From Coleofasciculus sp. B1-GNL1-01 (GTDB lineage: Bacteria; Cyanobacteriota; Cyanobacteriia; Cyanobacteriales; Coleofasciculaceae): a stretch of 50,706 nt of DNA. The translations under genes were made by a program, and so were the position numbers. The stretch is from the NCBI GenBank assembly GCA_040220235.1, contig JAVJTO010000133.1; one strand, given 5' to 3'. The notes under the pieces are model-generated. The model made no database searches, had not been told where the DNA came from, and saw nothing but the letters and a program-made list of their open reading frames with translations. How positions within the stretch are numbered: position 1 is the stretch's first letter; the number at the start of each line of letters is the position of its first letter. Shown piece after piece: positions 9,981 through 23,066 of the stretch.

Positions 9981-11756
9981 TTATTGAATATTCTGGAACC
10001 ACTGCGTCACCCCATCCGCGATCGCACTCGCTAATCTCTGTTGTTGTTGTGCATTCATAATCCACTCAAATTCCTCTGGATTAATCATAAATCCTAGTTC
10101 TAATAATACCGATGGTGCGGTATGAGGGCGAGTCAGTGCAAGATTATTCCAAAACACCCCATAAGCCGGACGATCTAACTGGTTCACCAGATAATCCTGC
10201 AAAAATATCGCCAAATTATGCGCCTGGGGATGATACCAAAACATACCAACCCCTTTGGTATTTATCGCATCACCTGCATCAGGGAGGGCGTTGTAATGAA
10301 TCGAAAGCGCGATCGCAGGTTTAATTTGGTTGATCATAGTCACGCGATCGCCCAATGACACCGCCCGATCGGTTTCCCTTGTCATATATACTGTTGCACC
10401 CTTTTCCTGAAGTTGATCGCGCAGCAACTTCGACACAATTAAATTCACATCTTTTTCCGGATAACCAGTGGGTCCCCTCGCCCCTAATTCTGCACCCCCA
10501 TGTCCTGGATCAAGGAGGATTTTAATTCCTTTTAACGGTTGTAAAGCATTCTCAGAATTGGGTGCTACGTTTTGAGTGCGAACAGTTGGCGGATGGCGTA
10601 AGGTGAGAATCAGATTAGTTTGGTCATATCTCAGGTCATACCCCCATTGTTGATCGGATTTCAAGTTAAACGTATAGTTCACCTGAGTTGGTGTAACGTG
10701 TTGCCAATCTAGGCGTTTAATTAAGGGGTCATCATCCAAGCGGATCACATCAGTTTGGGCGGTTGTGTTATGAAGGCTTAACGTAAACGTGCGATCGCCT
10801 TGTTGAACCGTCACAGGTACAGGTGTATTTAAAGGAAATACCACCTCTGTCGCCCCTGGAATCTGACGGGCGCGGATACTACGAATCAAGGCGGTTGGCG
10901 GAACCGTATTCGGAACAATACGCACTTCTTCTGCTTTAATCCACGCCCCATAATCTAAACGTACCCATCCCCCTTCACGCCCCGTAACCGTCGCCCTGAC
11001 GCCTTTGGGTAAGGGGGTGAGGCGAGAATAGGTGGTACTTGGTCCAGTTCGGGCGACACCTGCATCTACAATTACCTCAGCCACCTCTAATTCAACGGGG
11101 TTGAGAATGGAAATCTGTCCCGGTGCAGCTTGACTTATGGTTTTCCCATTCACGGTTAGCTGATAGTTTGGTTGTCCTAAATTTGCCGCAATTTCTGCGG
11201 TTGCACAGCCTTGATAGTCACCCCTCGTTGATTGAACACCAACTTGATTTTGGGCAATTAATACGGCGGAATTGGGCGGTAACGGGACATCCTGGGATTG
11301 AGCCATTAGGGGAATGGTTTGATTTGCCAGGTTCACTGTAACGGTTGCATTTGGTGGCGCGATCGCCCGGAAACAGATTAGTTCTCCAGGTAATCGGGCA
11401 ATGTCCACCTTTGGGGTTAGGGAATCCTGGGCAAAGCTTAACCCCGTTGGCACATTTGGAGTCGGATCAACGCGAGTTACATTAATCTGAATGGTCTGAT
11501 TTTGATAGCGCAGGGTAAAGCGATTTTTGCCCAATTCCAAGGGGAAACTCGGCGCAAAATGTCCAGCCGTACTGCGGGGGATAACTTGACCATTGACCCG
11601 CACATCTCCTGTTGGTGGTGCTGTTCCAATTAAGAAAATTTGTTCCGCCGTGGTTTGATGATTGTCAGACGGATACGTCAGGAAAAGAGGTTGTTCCGCC
11701 CAAGCGGGAGATGCCATAACTGATGCTAATACAGCTAATCCTAGGATGGTTTTCAT
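9981..11756 (-). CDS. N-acetylmuramoyl-L-alanine amidase (Amidase_3)
   Basis: Signal peptide; C-terminal ILLDPGHGG, EKDVNL, SIHYNA and SVLLELGFM motifs. Confidence 0.92.
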   Translation of the reverse strand: MKTILGLAVLASVMASPAWAEQPLFLTYPSDNHQTTAEQIFLIGTAPPTGDVRVNGQVIPRSTAGHFAPSFPLELGKNRFTLRYQNQTIQINVTRVDPTPNVPTGLSFAQDSLTPKVDIARLPGELICFRAIAPPNATVTVNLANQTIPLMAQSQDVPLPPNSAVLIAQNQVGVQSTRGDYQGCATAEIAANLGQPNYQLTVNGKTISQAAPGQISILNPVELEVAEVIVDAGVARTGPSTTYSRLTPLPKGVRATVTGREGGWVRLDYGAWIKAEEVRIVPNTVPPTALIRSIRARQIPGATEVVFPLNTPVPVTVQQGDRTFTLSLHNTTAQTDVIRLDDDPLIKRLDWQHVTPTQVNYTFNLKSDQQWGYDLRYDQTNLILTLRHPPTVRTQNVAPNSENALQPLKGIKILLDPGHGGAELGARGPTGYPEKDVNLIVSKLLRDQLQEKGATVYMTRETDRAVSLGDRVTMINQIKPAIALSIHYNALPDAGDAINTKGVGMFWYHPQAHNLAIFLQDYLVNQLDRPAYGVFWNNLALTRPHTAPSVLLELGFMINPEEFEWIMNAQQQQRLASAIADGVTQWFQNIQ

Positions 11757-11793
11757 TGGTTATTCGTCATTTGTCATTTGTCATTTGTCATTT
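11754..11793. repeat. Heptamer tandem repeat (ATGACAA)n on the minus strand abutting the amidase start
   Basis: gtcattt repeats on the plus strand. Confidence 0.85.
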
Positions 11794-11816
11794 ATTCAGC
11801 AATTCATCATTTAGAC

Positions 11817-11876
11817 AGGGCGGGTTTAGTGACATTAGGGTGAAAAAAAAACGATAGTAGTGAAACCCGCCCCTAC
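11817..11876. repeat. REP doublet
   Basis: AGGGCGGGTTT...AAACCCGCCCCTAC. Confidence 0.85.
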
Positions 11877-11911
11877 ACATAAAACTCTTTTCTCGTCATT
11901 GAGCTATTTAC

Positions 11912-12030
11912 CTCCCCCTGCTCCCTCTGCTCCCTCTGCTTCCCCTGCTCCCCCTGCTCCCCCTGCTCCCCCTGCTCCCTCTGCTTCCCCTGCTCCCCCT
12001 GCTCCCCCTGCTCCCCCTGCTCCCCCTGCT
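11912..12030. repeat. 9-bp tandem repeat (CCCCTGCTC)n
   Basis: About 13 units. Similar arrays at 33940, 40472 and 42199. Confidence 0.9.
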
Positions 12031-12069
12031 TCCGTAGCTTCCGCATCTCCCCACACCTTACCTGTTTTG

Positions 12070-12615
12070 TCAATCGGATAAAAGATGAGTGGGTAATCCA
12101 TCAATGCTTTGGATATTTTTCGCCTGCCAATATTCATAAATGCCCTGTTCTCCCTTTTTTTCTGACCATTTAACCAGAGTTTCTCGTTCACCTTGAAAGT
12201 CATAGATGGGAACGCCATAGCCACAAGAAGTTTGCACGGATTCAATATCTAGAACAATAATTTGTCGTTGTCCTGGCAGCGAATTAAAGTGGGTATAAAA
12301 GGTGTCCCATTCTGGAGCAACGGGGCGAATTACTCGCCCTTGACCGTAAAGGCGTAAGATTAGAGGTTTATTGGTAAAACTGCAAAACATGATCGTTAGT
12401 CTACCATCGTCCTGCAAATGAGCCGCCGTTTCATTGCCACTACCTGTTAAATCCAGGTACGCGACGGTTTTCGGATCAAGACAGCGAAATGTGTCCATAC
12501 CTTTGGGGGATAAATTAATCCGTCCCTGTCGAGGTGCTGTGGCGGTAAAAAAAATCTGTTGTTCTTTGATGAAGTTTTGTAAACTTTCGCCGAGTTCTGA
12601 ATAAAATTTTGCCAT
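12070..12615 (-). CDS. Pyridoxamine 5'-phosphate oxidase family protein
   Basis: MAKFY start; [36 protein letters not shown] and QTSCGYGVP motifs. Confidence 0.88.
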   Translation of the reverse strand: MAKFYSELGESLQNFIKEQQIFFTATAPRQGRINLSPKGMDTFRCLDPKTVAYLDLTGSGNETAAHLQDDGRLTIMFCSFTNKPLILRLYGQGRVIRPVAPEWDTFYTHFNSLPGQRQIIVLDIESVQTSCGYGVPIYDFQGERETLVKWSEKKGEQGIYEYWQAKNIQSIDGLPTHLLSD

Positions 12616-13045
12616 TGTCCTCTTTAAGATAAAGAAAAATAAAGTTTTGTAAATGTAGGCAGACAATTTGTTACCGTGTCAGTCGGAAGCGATCGCCAGT
12701 CGTCTAGCTTGGGAATAGGGATGAGCGTTGAGAGGGAGAGAGGCTGGGAGCATTATCAGGTAGAGTTCATCGGGCTGCGGGAGAAAATCAGGACGAAAAA
12801 AGCGTCAGGCTTTCGGGGTGGACATTCCAGACGAGAGCGGATGTTCAACGTAAAGGATAAAAGAATCCCCCAAAACTAATCGGGCAGAGCGTAGACGAGT
12901 TGTGCATGGAAAATGGAGAAAGGATGTTCTCAGCGTGACTTGTGGCGTCTGAAGTTAGCGGAAGCGAGTTTCATGGGTTTGGGTGTACAGGGTGATAGCA
13001 ATTTCAATAACCAGTCAGGGGACGATTACTCTTATGAGTGATTGA

Positions 13046-14806
<1,761 letters not shown>

Positions 14807-14892
14807 CCTAGAGATTTGAATTTTGAGTTATGAGTTTACCCAAATTATCCACAACTCATAACTCAAAGCTCGCAATGGCTTGAGGAGGTTTT

Positions 14893-15312
14893 GTGGCGTA
14901 CTGGATACAAATTGATTATGAACGCAGTGATTATGTGATTGACTTAGATCGCATCAGTGCGTTTGCCTGCGCTCCCAATGGCAAAATTATCTTCTGGTTG
15001 CCAAATAGTGCCCACCAGATTATTATTAATCAGCAAGGTGATCCAGAGGGGTATCATCAAGTTTTGGAGTATATTAAACAAGTCTGCGCTCATTCCCTAG
15101 CTGGGTCTTGGATTCAAGTTAGATATGAGCGCAGTGATTATGTAATTGATCTAAACCGCATCAGTAGCTTTTCTCACGCGGCGAGTGGCAAGTTAACTTT
15201 TTGGTTACCCGATAGTTCAATTCCGATTATTATTAATGAGCAAACTGATCCAGAGAGTTATCAGAAGATTCTAGATTATATTAAACGTAAAACAGGTTAT
15301 GTCATTTCTTAG
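14893..15312 (+). CDS. Hypothetical protein made of two tandem ~70-aa repeats
   Basis: GAGGAGG RBS and GTG start. WIQIDYERSDYVIDLDRISAF is repeated as WIQVRYERSDYVIDLNRISSF. Confidence 0.8.
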   Translation: MAYWIQIDYERSDYVIDLDRISAFACAPNGKIIFWLPNSAHQIIINQQGDPEGYHQVLEYIKQVCAHSLAGSWIQVRYERSDYVIDLNRISSFSHAASGKLTFWLPDSSIPIIINEQTDPESYQKILDYIKRKTGYVIS

Positions 15313-15353
15313 AAAGTTTGGCTCTTTGGTACTTGAGGTGGGGTTAGAGAGCA

Positions 15354-15445
15354 GGGGAAGCAATGTAGAGACGTGCCATGGCGCGTCTGGAAGCCGGGGA
15401 AGCTGGGGAAGCAATGTAGAGACGTGCCATGGCGCGTCTGGAAGC
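15354..15445. repeat. Two direct copies (51-bp period) of a GTAGAGACG...CGTCT REP-like hairpin
   Basis: GGGGAAGCAATGTAGAGACGTGCCATGGCGCGTCTGGAAGC at 15354 and 15405. Confidence 0.85.
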
Positions 15446-15585
15446 AGGGGGAGGGCTACCCGCCTAAAATTTAATGAGCATGCTGTTTTCTTTTGTCCGA
15501 CTACTTAGCTTGTGATGGCGAGAAGCCCCACGCTTTAATTTTTAATTAAGCGTGGGATGAATCGCCAGTGTTAGCTCATAGGTAT

Positions 15586-15608
15586 TATAATAAAGCTTAA
15601 GGAGGTGA
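15586..15608 (+). promoter_or_regulatory. Putative -10 box and SD for tnpB
   Basis: TATAAT at 15586, AAGGAGGTGA at 15599 and TTG start at 15615. Confidence 0.6.
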
Positions 15609-15614
15609 TAGAAA

Positions 15615-16985
15615 TTGAAGCGAAGCAAAGACACGTTTAAACTGAATTACCAGTATCGGATTGTACCGAATGATCAACAAGTTTATCAGCTAAACGAATG
15701 GCTGTATAAGTTGTGCCGAATACACAACCTGATGCTAGAGGAACGGTTTAACTGGTGGGAACGTAACCGCCACTCAGTCAATGCCTGCCCAATTTTTGTC
15801 ACTCATTTACCAGAGCTTAAAGAACAACCTGGTTACTATTCTCAGAAACGGGCTACTCATTGGTCAAGGGAAACTTGCAAGCACCTATATAATGGGGTTC
15901 ATTCGCAGGTAATTCAGGAAGCGATTAAACGAGTAGAAGATACGTTTAATCGGTTTATTAAAGGTGATTTAAGCGGAAAACGAAGCGGAAAACCTCGGTT
16001 TAAATCAGTGCGGCGATATCGGACATTTTCTATTCCTCAGTTGAAACCCGGTTGCCTCGCTGTTACCCCTAACCCGCATTGTCGCAAAAACGGCGGTACG
16101 CGGCGCGACATTGCCTATATCAGCCTACCCAAGGTAGGTCAGGTAAAACTCATCTACCATCGTCCAATCCCAGAAGGATTCACGATTAAGGCGGTACTGG
16201 TGTCACGTCGCGCCGATGGATGGTATGTAACCTTAACCTTAGAGGATAAATCTGTCCCGACGCTGAAATCACCAGAGATAGAGGCAACACAAGAAAACTC
16301 TCTAGGTTTGGACGTTGGTTTGGAGAAATTCTGGACAGCCTCGGACGGGGAGATTGAGCCAATTCAGCAGCATTACCGCAGGTCTGAGTCAAAGCTGGCT
16401 TCTTTGGCTAACCGCAAAGACAGCAAGCCTCACAAATCAGCATCACGGCGGAAGCTAGCCAAAAAGATATCAAAGCACCATCAGAGGCTACAGCGCAAGC
16501 GGAAGCAATTCCATTATAAGTCGGCAGCAAAGCTGGTGAATCGGGATGAGAAAGTATTCTTTGTGGAGGATATCAAGCCGGGAAACTTATCCCGAAGGAA
16601 CAAACCGAAACAGAATGAAAAGGGGGAATATTTACCCAATGGGCAAAGCGCCAAATCAGGTTTAAACAAGTCGATCAATGATGCTGGCTGGGGTCAATTC
16701 CTATCAATTCTCGCTTACAAAGCTGCGAAAGCTGGTAAAGCAGTGGTGAAGGTTAAACCCCATAACACAAGCCAGATATGCTCTTGTTGTAATCGCTTGG
16801 TCAAGAAAGATTTATCAGTCCGAATGCATGAGTGCTTATGCGGATTGATTTTGGATAGAGATTGGAACGCGGCGATTAACATCAAGAGAGTTGGGCTGGG
16901 CATATTCCCAACTATAAAACGCCGGAAGCGTAGCCGCAAGGAGCCGCTCAAGGAAGCCTACACCGTAATCTTTGATTCGGTGTAG
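15615..16985 (+). CDS. tnpB: RNA-guided endonuclease TnpB
   Basis: N-terminal YQYRI HTH, GKPRFK, RuvC-I GLDVG, RuvC-II VEDI, zinc finger TSQICSCC...CLCG and RuvC-III DRDWNAAINI. Confidence 0.95.
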   Translation: MKRSKDTFKLNYQYRIVPNDQQVYQLNEWLYKLCRIHNLMLEERFNWWERNRHSVNACPIFVTHLPELKEQPGYYSQKRATHWSRETCKHLYNGVHSQVIQEAIKRVEDTFNRFIKGDLSGKRSGKPRFKSVRRYRTFSIPQLKPGCLAVTPNPHCRKNGGTRRDIAYISLPKVGQVKLIYHRPIPEGFTIKAVLVSRRADGWYVTLTLEDKSVPTLKSPEIEATQENSLGLDVGLEKFWTASDGEIEPIQQHYRRSESKLASLANRKDSKPHKSASRRKLAKKISKHHQRLQRKRKQFHYKSAAKLVNRDEKVFFVEDIKPGNLSRRNKPKQNEKGEYLPNGQSAKSGLNKSINDAGWGQFLSILAYKAAKAGKAVVKVKPHNTSQICSCCNRLVKKDLSVRMHECLCGLILDRDWNAAINIKRVGLGIFPTIKRRKRSRKEPLKEAYTVIFDSV

Positions 16986-17016
16986 GAGGATGTCACAATA
17001 TTAATTATAGGTAGAT
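16850..17016 (+). ncRNA. Predicted TnpB omegaRNA (scaffold overlapping the tnpB 3' end, guide from the right flank)
   Basis: Inferred from established TnpB architecture and the right-end hairpin. The 5' boundary is a guess. Confidence 0.55.
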
Positions 17017-17044
17017 AAAAATACTGATATTGGGGGCGGGTGCC

Positions 17045-20000
17045 ATGGGAGAAATACCTCAAACCAAGTCGGGTAGGGAATGGCAGAGTCTAGGGCGTTG
17101 GTGTGCGATCGCGTCTTGTTCTCTGGTGGGGGCAATCTTTGGCACTGGGGTTATTTTATCCCCAGCCTCCCTGAATGCACAACCGATTACTCCGGCGGCT
17201 GATGAGACGGGAACGGTGGTGACGCCGAATGGGACTCAACTGGATATTACAGGGGGTCGTTTGTCAAGGGATGACGCGAATTTATTTCATAGTTTTGAGG
17301 AATTTGGATTAGATGCGGGTCAAATTGCTAACTTTTTATCGAATCCTAAGATTAGGAATATTTTCGGGCGGGTAGTTGGCGGTGACGCTTCGATAATTAA
17401 CGGGTTGATTCAGGTAACGGGAGGTAATTCTAATTTATTTCTGATGAATCCGGCGGGGATTGTGTTTGGGGAAAATGCGTGGTTGAATGTCCCGGCGGAT
17501 TTTACAGCAACGACAGCCACAGGGATTGGCTTTGGTGAGGGGAATTGGTTTAATGCGTTTGGCGGGAATGAGTATCAGGATTTAGTCGGAAATCCCAGTG
17601 GTTTTGCTTTTGATTTGGCGCAACCCGGAAGTGTGATTAATGCGGGGAATTTGGTGGTAACAGAAGGGCATAATTTAACGCTACTGGGGGGTACTGTTAT
17701 CAGCACTGGTGAATTGGCTGCACCGGGAGGAAATATTACAGTTGCGGCGGTTCCGGGGGAACGTTTGGTCAGGATTAGTCAACCGGGACAGTTATTGAGT
17801 TTGGAAATAGCACCACCACGGGATAGTGAGGGAATGTTGCTTCCGGTTGCGCCCTTGGATTTAGCGACGTTGTTAACGGGGAGTGGTGAAACAGGAGAGA
17901 CAGGGTTAAGTGTTAATCCCGATAATACGGTACAGTTAACCGAGTCTGGCGCGACTATACCAAATGAAGGAGGAATAGCGATCGCTTCTGGCACTCTTGA
18001 TACATCTAATGTAGGGGCGCAAAGCCTTGCGCCCTCAACACGTATTGGCGGTGAGATTAATGTTTTAGGTAATAAGGTAGGACTCTTTAATGCCAATATT
18101 AATGTTTCTGGTACTGACGGTGGCGGGATTGTAAGAATTGGTGGCGATTATCAGGGACAAGGTACGGTTCCGAATGCCTTACGTACATTTGTCAGCAGAG
18201 ATTCGGTGATTAATGCTGACAGTTTACTCAATGGAGATGGCGGTCGTGTTATTGTCTGGTCTGATGAAGTAACTGGATTTTATGGGAATATTAGCGCTCG
18301 TGGAGGGAGCGAGTTAGGAAATGGGGGTTTTGTTGAGGTATCAGGAAAGGAATCGTTAGCCTTTAGCGGCATGGCTGATGTAGCTGCGACAAATGGTAAA
18401 GATGGAACAATACTTCTTGATCCGAGGGATATTATTATTGAACCTGATGATGGACTAGTTGATGATAATACTCAGGTAGCCGATAGTGAGATTCTCTTGG
18501 CTGATGGCGGTGCAACCACTGACTTTTTAGTTGATGACACAGCACTCACTGCCTTAACTGGAAATATTCTTCTTCAAGCACAGCGAGATATTATTGCGCT
18601 TGAGGATACAGACTTGAATTTTGCCAATCAAACCTTAGATACTACCGTTACGTTGGAAGCCAACAGGGACATTAACCTCAATGAAAGAATAACAACTAAT
18701 GGTGGTTCTATTGAGTTGAAAGCAGGACAGAATATTTCTATACAAAGTCTTCAGCTAGCATTAGGTTTTTCTACAGGTATTGATATACCGACTGATGTAG
18801 GATCTATCACTCTTAATGCAAATGGTGATATCACCGCTACAAGCATTAGCTCAGGCGTACTTTTTGGGGGGATTACAGGTGAAAGCATTACTATTATAAG
18901 CAGTAAAGGAACAATTAATGTTAGTGATTTTCACTCTGCTGGATCAGGCGATTTGACTCTTACAGCGGCTGGTGACATTGTAATAACAGGCAATATTTTG
19001 AAAGGGACTAATGGGGGAAATGTTGCTGGTGGTGATATTATCATTACCAGTTTTGAAGGTAAAGTTGACACTTCTGCGGCATTAATTCAATTAGGTGCTG
19101 CCTTTGGAGTAAATGGTGGGGATCTCACTATTACAGCCGCTAGCGATATTACAACAGGTGAAATCGATGTAACTGCTCAAGGCAGTATTACCCTTAACAG
19201 TGGCGGAGCTATTAACACAACTTTAGGTACTATAACAACAGCAAATATTGGTGCTGGTGGTGATGTTTTTCTCTATGCTGCTGGCGACATTAAAACCGCT
19301 GGGATCAATACGTCTGGTAACATGGGCGGAGATATAATCCTCACCAGTGGTGGAACAATTGATGCCACAGCAGGTATTTTAAATGCGGCGGGTGGTGAAA
19401 ATGGCGGTAACATCACACTCAAAGCACCCCGCGATATTTCCACAGGTGAAATCACCTCATTCTTGAGTGGTTTTAGTGGCAATAGTGGCAACATCAGTAT
19501 TACTAGCGAAAATGGCAATATCGATACCAGCCAAGGCGCACTCATTACCGCATCAGCATTTGGCACTGGCGGTGATATCACCCTTGACGCAGCAGATAGC
19601 ATTACCGCCGCTCAAATTGATGCCTTTTCTGAAACGAGTACAGGTGGAGAAATCCAACTCACTGCAAATAACGTCATTACTCTCGGAGGTGATATTGCAA
19701 CAAACCAAAATAACCTTATTTTTAACGGTTCAGTTATCCTCGCTGACGATATTTCCATCACCCTATTCGGTACTGGTGATATTACCTTCCAAGACACCAT
19801 TGATGGAACTCAAAACCTGAATCTCGAAACGGAAAACGGTATTATTGAATTTAACGATATTATCGGTGGCTCAACCCCTCTCAACAATTTAATCGTTCAA
19901 GGCAATATTACTGATAACCCAATCGGAGTCAATATCACAGCTATCAATAACATTATTACCGATAATCTCACCTCACCCACAGGCATTTCTTTTACCAGTA

Positions 20001-21934
20001 CCCGTGGACAAATCAAAACCGGGGATTTAACCTCACCCGCAGGCATTTCCCTCACCAGCAATAGCGGACAAATTGAAACAGGTATTCTTGATTCCTCTAA
20101 CCTTAGCGATGGTGGTGATATTACTCTCAACGCCCGTGGCAATATTAAAGTCAGCCAGATTAACGCCCAAAGTCTGGGGAATAGTAGCGGCGGAGATGTC
20201 GATATTACCACTCCCAGTTATTTCCAAGCCACTGACTCCTTCATCGACCAAAATAACATCAACGCCAGTATTTCTGTCGCTGGGGGTGACAACGGTGGAA
20301 CCATTATTATTCGCCACGGCGGAGACGGTGATATTCCCTTTATTGTCGGAAATTCTGATATCAATGGCACAGCAGCCGCGATTACCAGAGGCGATGACGC
20401 GGGGATACAGACAATTGAACCCACCAGAGACTATTTCTTCACCCACAAACGAGATAGGAATCGGATTCAAATTATATCAATTCTGGGCGCTATACCTCTA
20501 CCGCCAACGCCCATCCCTGTACCAGAACCAATACCCAAACTAAACTTAGATCAAAATCCCATCGAGTCGTTAGCCCTTCAGGTTGGAAATACTTTAGGCG
20601 CAGCCACCAGCATTATCCCAGACCCGGAAACCGGAAACTACAATATTAGCTGGAGATTTCCTGGCGAACAACCTATTAATCTCAACGTTAACAACCCCCT
20701 CCCGCCACTCGAAGTCACCCCCCAAGATGATGTTGTCGCCGAAATCGACCAACTTTTTGAAGATGAATTTGAAGACTACTTTGGCGAAGACTTAACCAAT
20801 GCCAACGTCACCGCCGAAAGCTTACGGGAAACCCTGAAAACCATCGAACAGCAAACCGGAAAACGTGCGGTTGTCATCTATGCCCGTCATCTGCCAGAAG
20901 GATTGGAATTAATATTAGTTTTACCGGAAGACAATTATATCCGTAAACTGGTTCCCGCCGCTACTATTACCACCCTAAACAGTACCGTCAGCGAATTTCA
21001 GGAGATGGTTATGGATATTACCGAATCCCGTGGCTACCTCCCCGCCGCCCAACAGCTTTATCAATGGTTAATCGCCCCCTTGGAATCTGACTTAAACGCC
21101 TTAGACATTGATACGCTTATCTTCTGTATGGATGGCGGATTACGTCAACTTCCTATGGCGGCATTACACGATGGCAAGCAATTTCTGATTGAACACTATA
21201 GCATTGGTTCCATTCCCAGTTTTAGCCTCACCAACACCCGCTATCAACCCGTTAAAGATGCCCAAATTCTCGCCATGGGCGCGACTGAATTTTCCGATTT
21301 AGGGGAATTACCTACAGTCGCCACCGAATTAAAGATTATCACCCAAACCTTGTGGACAGGGGAATCCTTCCTCAACGAAGAATTTACCCTCAACAATCTG
21401 AAAACTGAAAGTCGCCGCCAACCTTTTGAGATTATCCATCTCGCCACCCATGCTGAATTTAATGGCGATAATCCGAGTAATTCCTATATTCAACTGTGGG
21501 ATACGAAACTGAGACTCAATCAAGTGCGCCAACTGGAATGGTATTTACCCCCGCCTATCGAATTATTAGTCCTCTCAGCCTGTCAAACCGCCCTGGGAAA
21601 TACTAAGGCTGAATTAGGATTTGCGGGGTTAGCGGTACAAACTGGCGTCAAGTCGGCGGTAGCGAGTCTGTGGTATGTGGGCGATGAAGCGACGCTGAGT
21701 TTAATGAGTGGATTCTATAATCAATTACGCCTACCGGATATCACGATTAAAGCCGAAGCTTTGCGTCAGGCGCAACTGGCGATGTTACGGGAACAGGTGT
21801 ATTTTGAAGGAGGGAAGTTAACCGGAATTGAGGCGTTAGAGGTTGCACTTCCTGGATTGGGAACTCGGGCAAATCAACGGTTATCCCATCCTTATTATTG
21901 GGCAGGATTCACAATTATTGGTAGTCCGTGGTAG
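17045..21934 (+). CDS. Filamentous-haemagglutinin N-terminal (TPS) domain protein with beta-helix repeats and C-terminal CHAT protease domain
   Basis: [24 protein letters not shown] and GG-I-L/I repeats. CHAT catalytic motifs IIHLATHA and LVLSACQTA, ending HPYYWAGF. Confidence 0.93.
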   Translation: MGEIPQTKSGREWQSLGRWCAIASCSLVGAIFGTGVILSPASLNAQPITPAADETGTVVTPNGTQLDITGGRLSRDDANLFHSFEEFGLDAGQIANFLSNPKIRNIFGRVVGGDASIINGLIQVTGGNSNLFLMNPAGIVFGENAWLNVPADFTATTATGIGFGEGNWFNAFGGNEYQDLVGNPSGFAFDLAQPGSVINAGNLVVTEGHNLTLLGGTVISTGELAAPGGNITVAAVPGERLVRISQPGQLLSLEIAPPRDSEGMLLPVAPLDLATLLTGSGETGETGLSVNPDNTVQLTESGATIPNEGGIAIASGTLDTSNVGAQSLAPSTRIGGEINVLGNKVGLFNANINVSGTDGGGIVRIGGDYQGQGTVPNALRTFVSRDSVINADSLLNGDGGRVIVWSDEVTGFYGNISARGGSELGNGGFVEVSGKESLAFSGMADVAATNGKDGTILLDPRDIIIEPDDGLVDDNTQVADSEILLADGGATTDFLVDDTALTALTGNILLQAQRDIIALEDTDLNFANQTLDTTVTLEANRDINLNERITTNGGSIELKAGQNISIQSLQLALGFSTGIDIPTDVGSITLNANGDITATSISSGVLFGGITGESITIISSKGTINVSDFHSAGSGDLTLTAAGDIVITGNILKGTNGGNVAGGDIIITSFEGKVDTSAALIQLGAAFGVNGGDLTITAASDITTGEIDVTAQGSITLNSGGAINTTLGTITTANIGAGGDVFLYAAGDIKTAGINTSGNMGGDIILTSGGTIDATAGILNAAGGENGGNITLKAPRDISTGEITSFLSGFSGNSGNISITSENGNIDTSQGALITASAFGTGGDITLDAADSITAAQIDAFSETSTGGEIQLTANNVITLGGDIATNQNNLIFNGSVILADDISITLFGTGDITFQDTIDGTQNLNLETENGIIEFNDIIGGSTPLNNLIVQGNITDNPIGVNITAINNIITDNLTSPTGISFTSTRGQIKTGDLTSPAGISLTSNSGQIETGILDSSNLSDGGDITLNARGNIKVSQINAQSLGNSSGGDVDITTPSYFQATDSFIDQNNINASISVAGGDNGGTIIIRHGGDGDIPFIVGNSDINGTAAAITRGDDAGIQTIEPTRDYFFTHKRDRNRIQIISILGAIPLPPTPIPVPEPIPKLNLDQNPIESLALQVGNTLGAATSIIPDPETGNYNISWRFPGEQPINLNVNNPLPPLEVTPQDDVVAEIDQLFEDEFEDYFGEDLTNANVTAESLRETLKTIEQQTGKRAVVIYARHLPEGLELILVLPEDNYIRKLVPAATITTLNSTVSEFQEMVMDITESRGYLPAAQQLYQWLIAPLESDLNALDIDTLIFCMDGGLRQLPMAALHDGKQFLIEHYSIGSIPSFSLTNTRYQPVKDAQILAMGATEFSDLGELPTVATELKIITQTLWTGESFLNEEFTLNNLKTESRRQPFEIIHLATHAEFNGDNPSNSYIQLWDTKLRLNQVRQLEWYLPPPIELLVLSACQTALGNTKAELGFAGLAVQTGVKSAVASLWYVGDEATLSLMSGFYNQLRLPDITIKAEALRQAQLAMLREQVYFEGGKLTGIEALEVALPGLGTRANQRLSHPYYWAGFTIIGSPW

Positions 21935-21972
21935 ATGAGAGATCCCTTTTCTCTCAATTTTGGGTGATGATT

Positions 21973-22040
21973 GGTGGGTTACGGCGGATAGAAAATTAAA
22001 TGGTTATTGGCAGAATTTAATACCGCCTAACCCACCCTAC
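21973..22040. repeat. REP doublet family 2 (GGTGGGTTACGGCGG...CCGCCTAACCCACCCTAC)
   Basis: Near-identical copies at 23225-23291 and 23372-23439. Confidence 0.85.
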
Positions 22041-22228
22041 AAGTTAGACAAAGGAAACACTTTCTCAAAGTTCCCCTTTTGAAGGGGAATTTAGGGGGAT
22101 ATTAAGATTAAAGTCACGCCAGTAGCCAGTAGCCAGTAGGGTGCGTTAGCGAAGCGTAACGCACAAACGCATCATTTTTATAGCCTTCTGTGGGACAGTA
22201 TAATGATTAGAACGCTGAAGTTTTTCCT

Positions 22229-22720
22229 TCATACTGACTCACCAACCGCTTGCAAAACCTCTGTATAAAGCTGTTCCTCAACCCAGAAACCGACTCGATC
22301 AATTAGAGCATCAAGAAGCGGTTTTACCTCTTGAATTAAATTGTTCCGTTTAGCAGCAATGAGAATTCCTAAGACACCTGTAACTTGTAGCCCAACTCGC
22401 ATTGCAGCAGCTCTACCGAGTCGTTCATCCATGAGCAGCCGCTCAGCGTTTAACTCGACAGCCAAAGCGATTGCCTCAGCCTCACCCGAATCGAGTTCAG
22501 TTCTTAACCTGTTGACCAATGCTTGATCAGTTGCTGATTGAGTTTTCACCCAACTTAAGGTTGGTACAATGCTGGCACTAGCATCAGTATTACCCACATT
22601 AGTTATTTCGTTAAAAACTGCCGTGGGAATCACGACTTCCTTGTAGAGTTGACGCAGCAAATCAAGCTGAGCAATGGTAGAAAGATAAAAAATGGGCGAG
22701 GTATTACTGACAACAATCAT
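22229..22720 (-). CDS. DUF3368-containing PIN-domain putative toxin
   Basis: MIVVSNTSP, IPTAVFNE, LDSGEAEAIALA, LLMDERLGR and GVLGIL. Confidence 0.9.
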   Translation of the reverse strand: MIVVSNTSPIFYLSTIAQLDLLRQLYKEVVIPTAVFNEITNVGNTDASASIVPTLSWVKTQSATDQALVNRLRTELDSGEAEAIALAVELNAERLLMDERLGRAAAMRVGLQVTGVLGILIAAKRNNLIQEVKPLLDALIDRVGFWVEEQLYTEVLQAVGESV

Positions 22721-22962
22721 CGCCAGTCGTTTACCTCCAATGTTCTCAAATCTTGCCTAAAGTCCTCAACACCATAATGAATCGGAATTTGGCGGCGACC
22801 TAAAATTCGCTGAAATTCGAGTTGATTCATCCCCACAAATTGACTCGCTGTACCCAAGGTAATCTTTTCCTGCCGAAAGAGCAATATAGCAATTTCTAAC
22901 TTGAGATCCGCTTCAGACATACGTGCCACTTGCAGAAAGTCATCGGGAATCACTAAACTCAT
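22717..22962 (-). CDS. UPF0175 family putative antitoxin
   Basis: LKLEIAILLF..EKITLGTA...EFQRIL...YGVEDFRQDL. Overlaps the toxin start by 4 nt (ATGA). Confidence 0.9.
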   Translation of the reverse strand: MSLVIPDDFLQVARMSEADLKLEIAILLFRQEKITLGTASQFVGMNQLEFQRILGRRQIPIHYGVEDFRQDLRTLEVNDWR

Positions 22963-23066
22963 TGGTTCACTCTCCTCGCCTCTATGTCAGTATGGATGTA
23001 TACCTAACCTCAATGGTACGCTTAATAAGTCTTTGACCCATACATTCTCTCACGGTTACGCTTTAA

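Larger units (their letters stand above)
15517..16996 (+). mobile_element. IS200/IS605-family non-autonomous element (tnpB only, IS1341-like)
   Basis: Left hairpin CCCACGCTT/AAGCGTGGG within GGCGA/TCGCC. Right hairpin CCTACACCG/CGGTGTAGG ending in GTCAC (16996). No tnpA. Left boundary is approximate. Confidence 0.85.

Noticed and set aside
11860..12245. Gly/Ala- or Pro/Ala-rich ORFs (also at 15299, 25793, 35951, 40408, 42050, 42159)
   Set aside because: They are translations of stop-free tandem repeats, with no other coding evidence
15354..15445. CRISPR-like repeat pair beside tnpB
   Set aside because: Only two copies with a 10-bp linker, they belong to a dispersed REP family and lie outside the IS
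17779..21532. Antisense and alternate-frame ORFs within the CHAT gene and other long genes
   Set aside because: Shadow ORFs of well-supported CDSs
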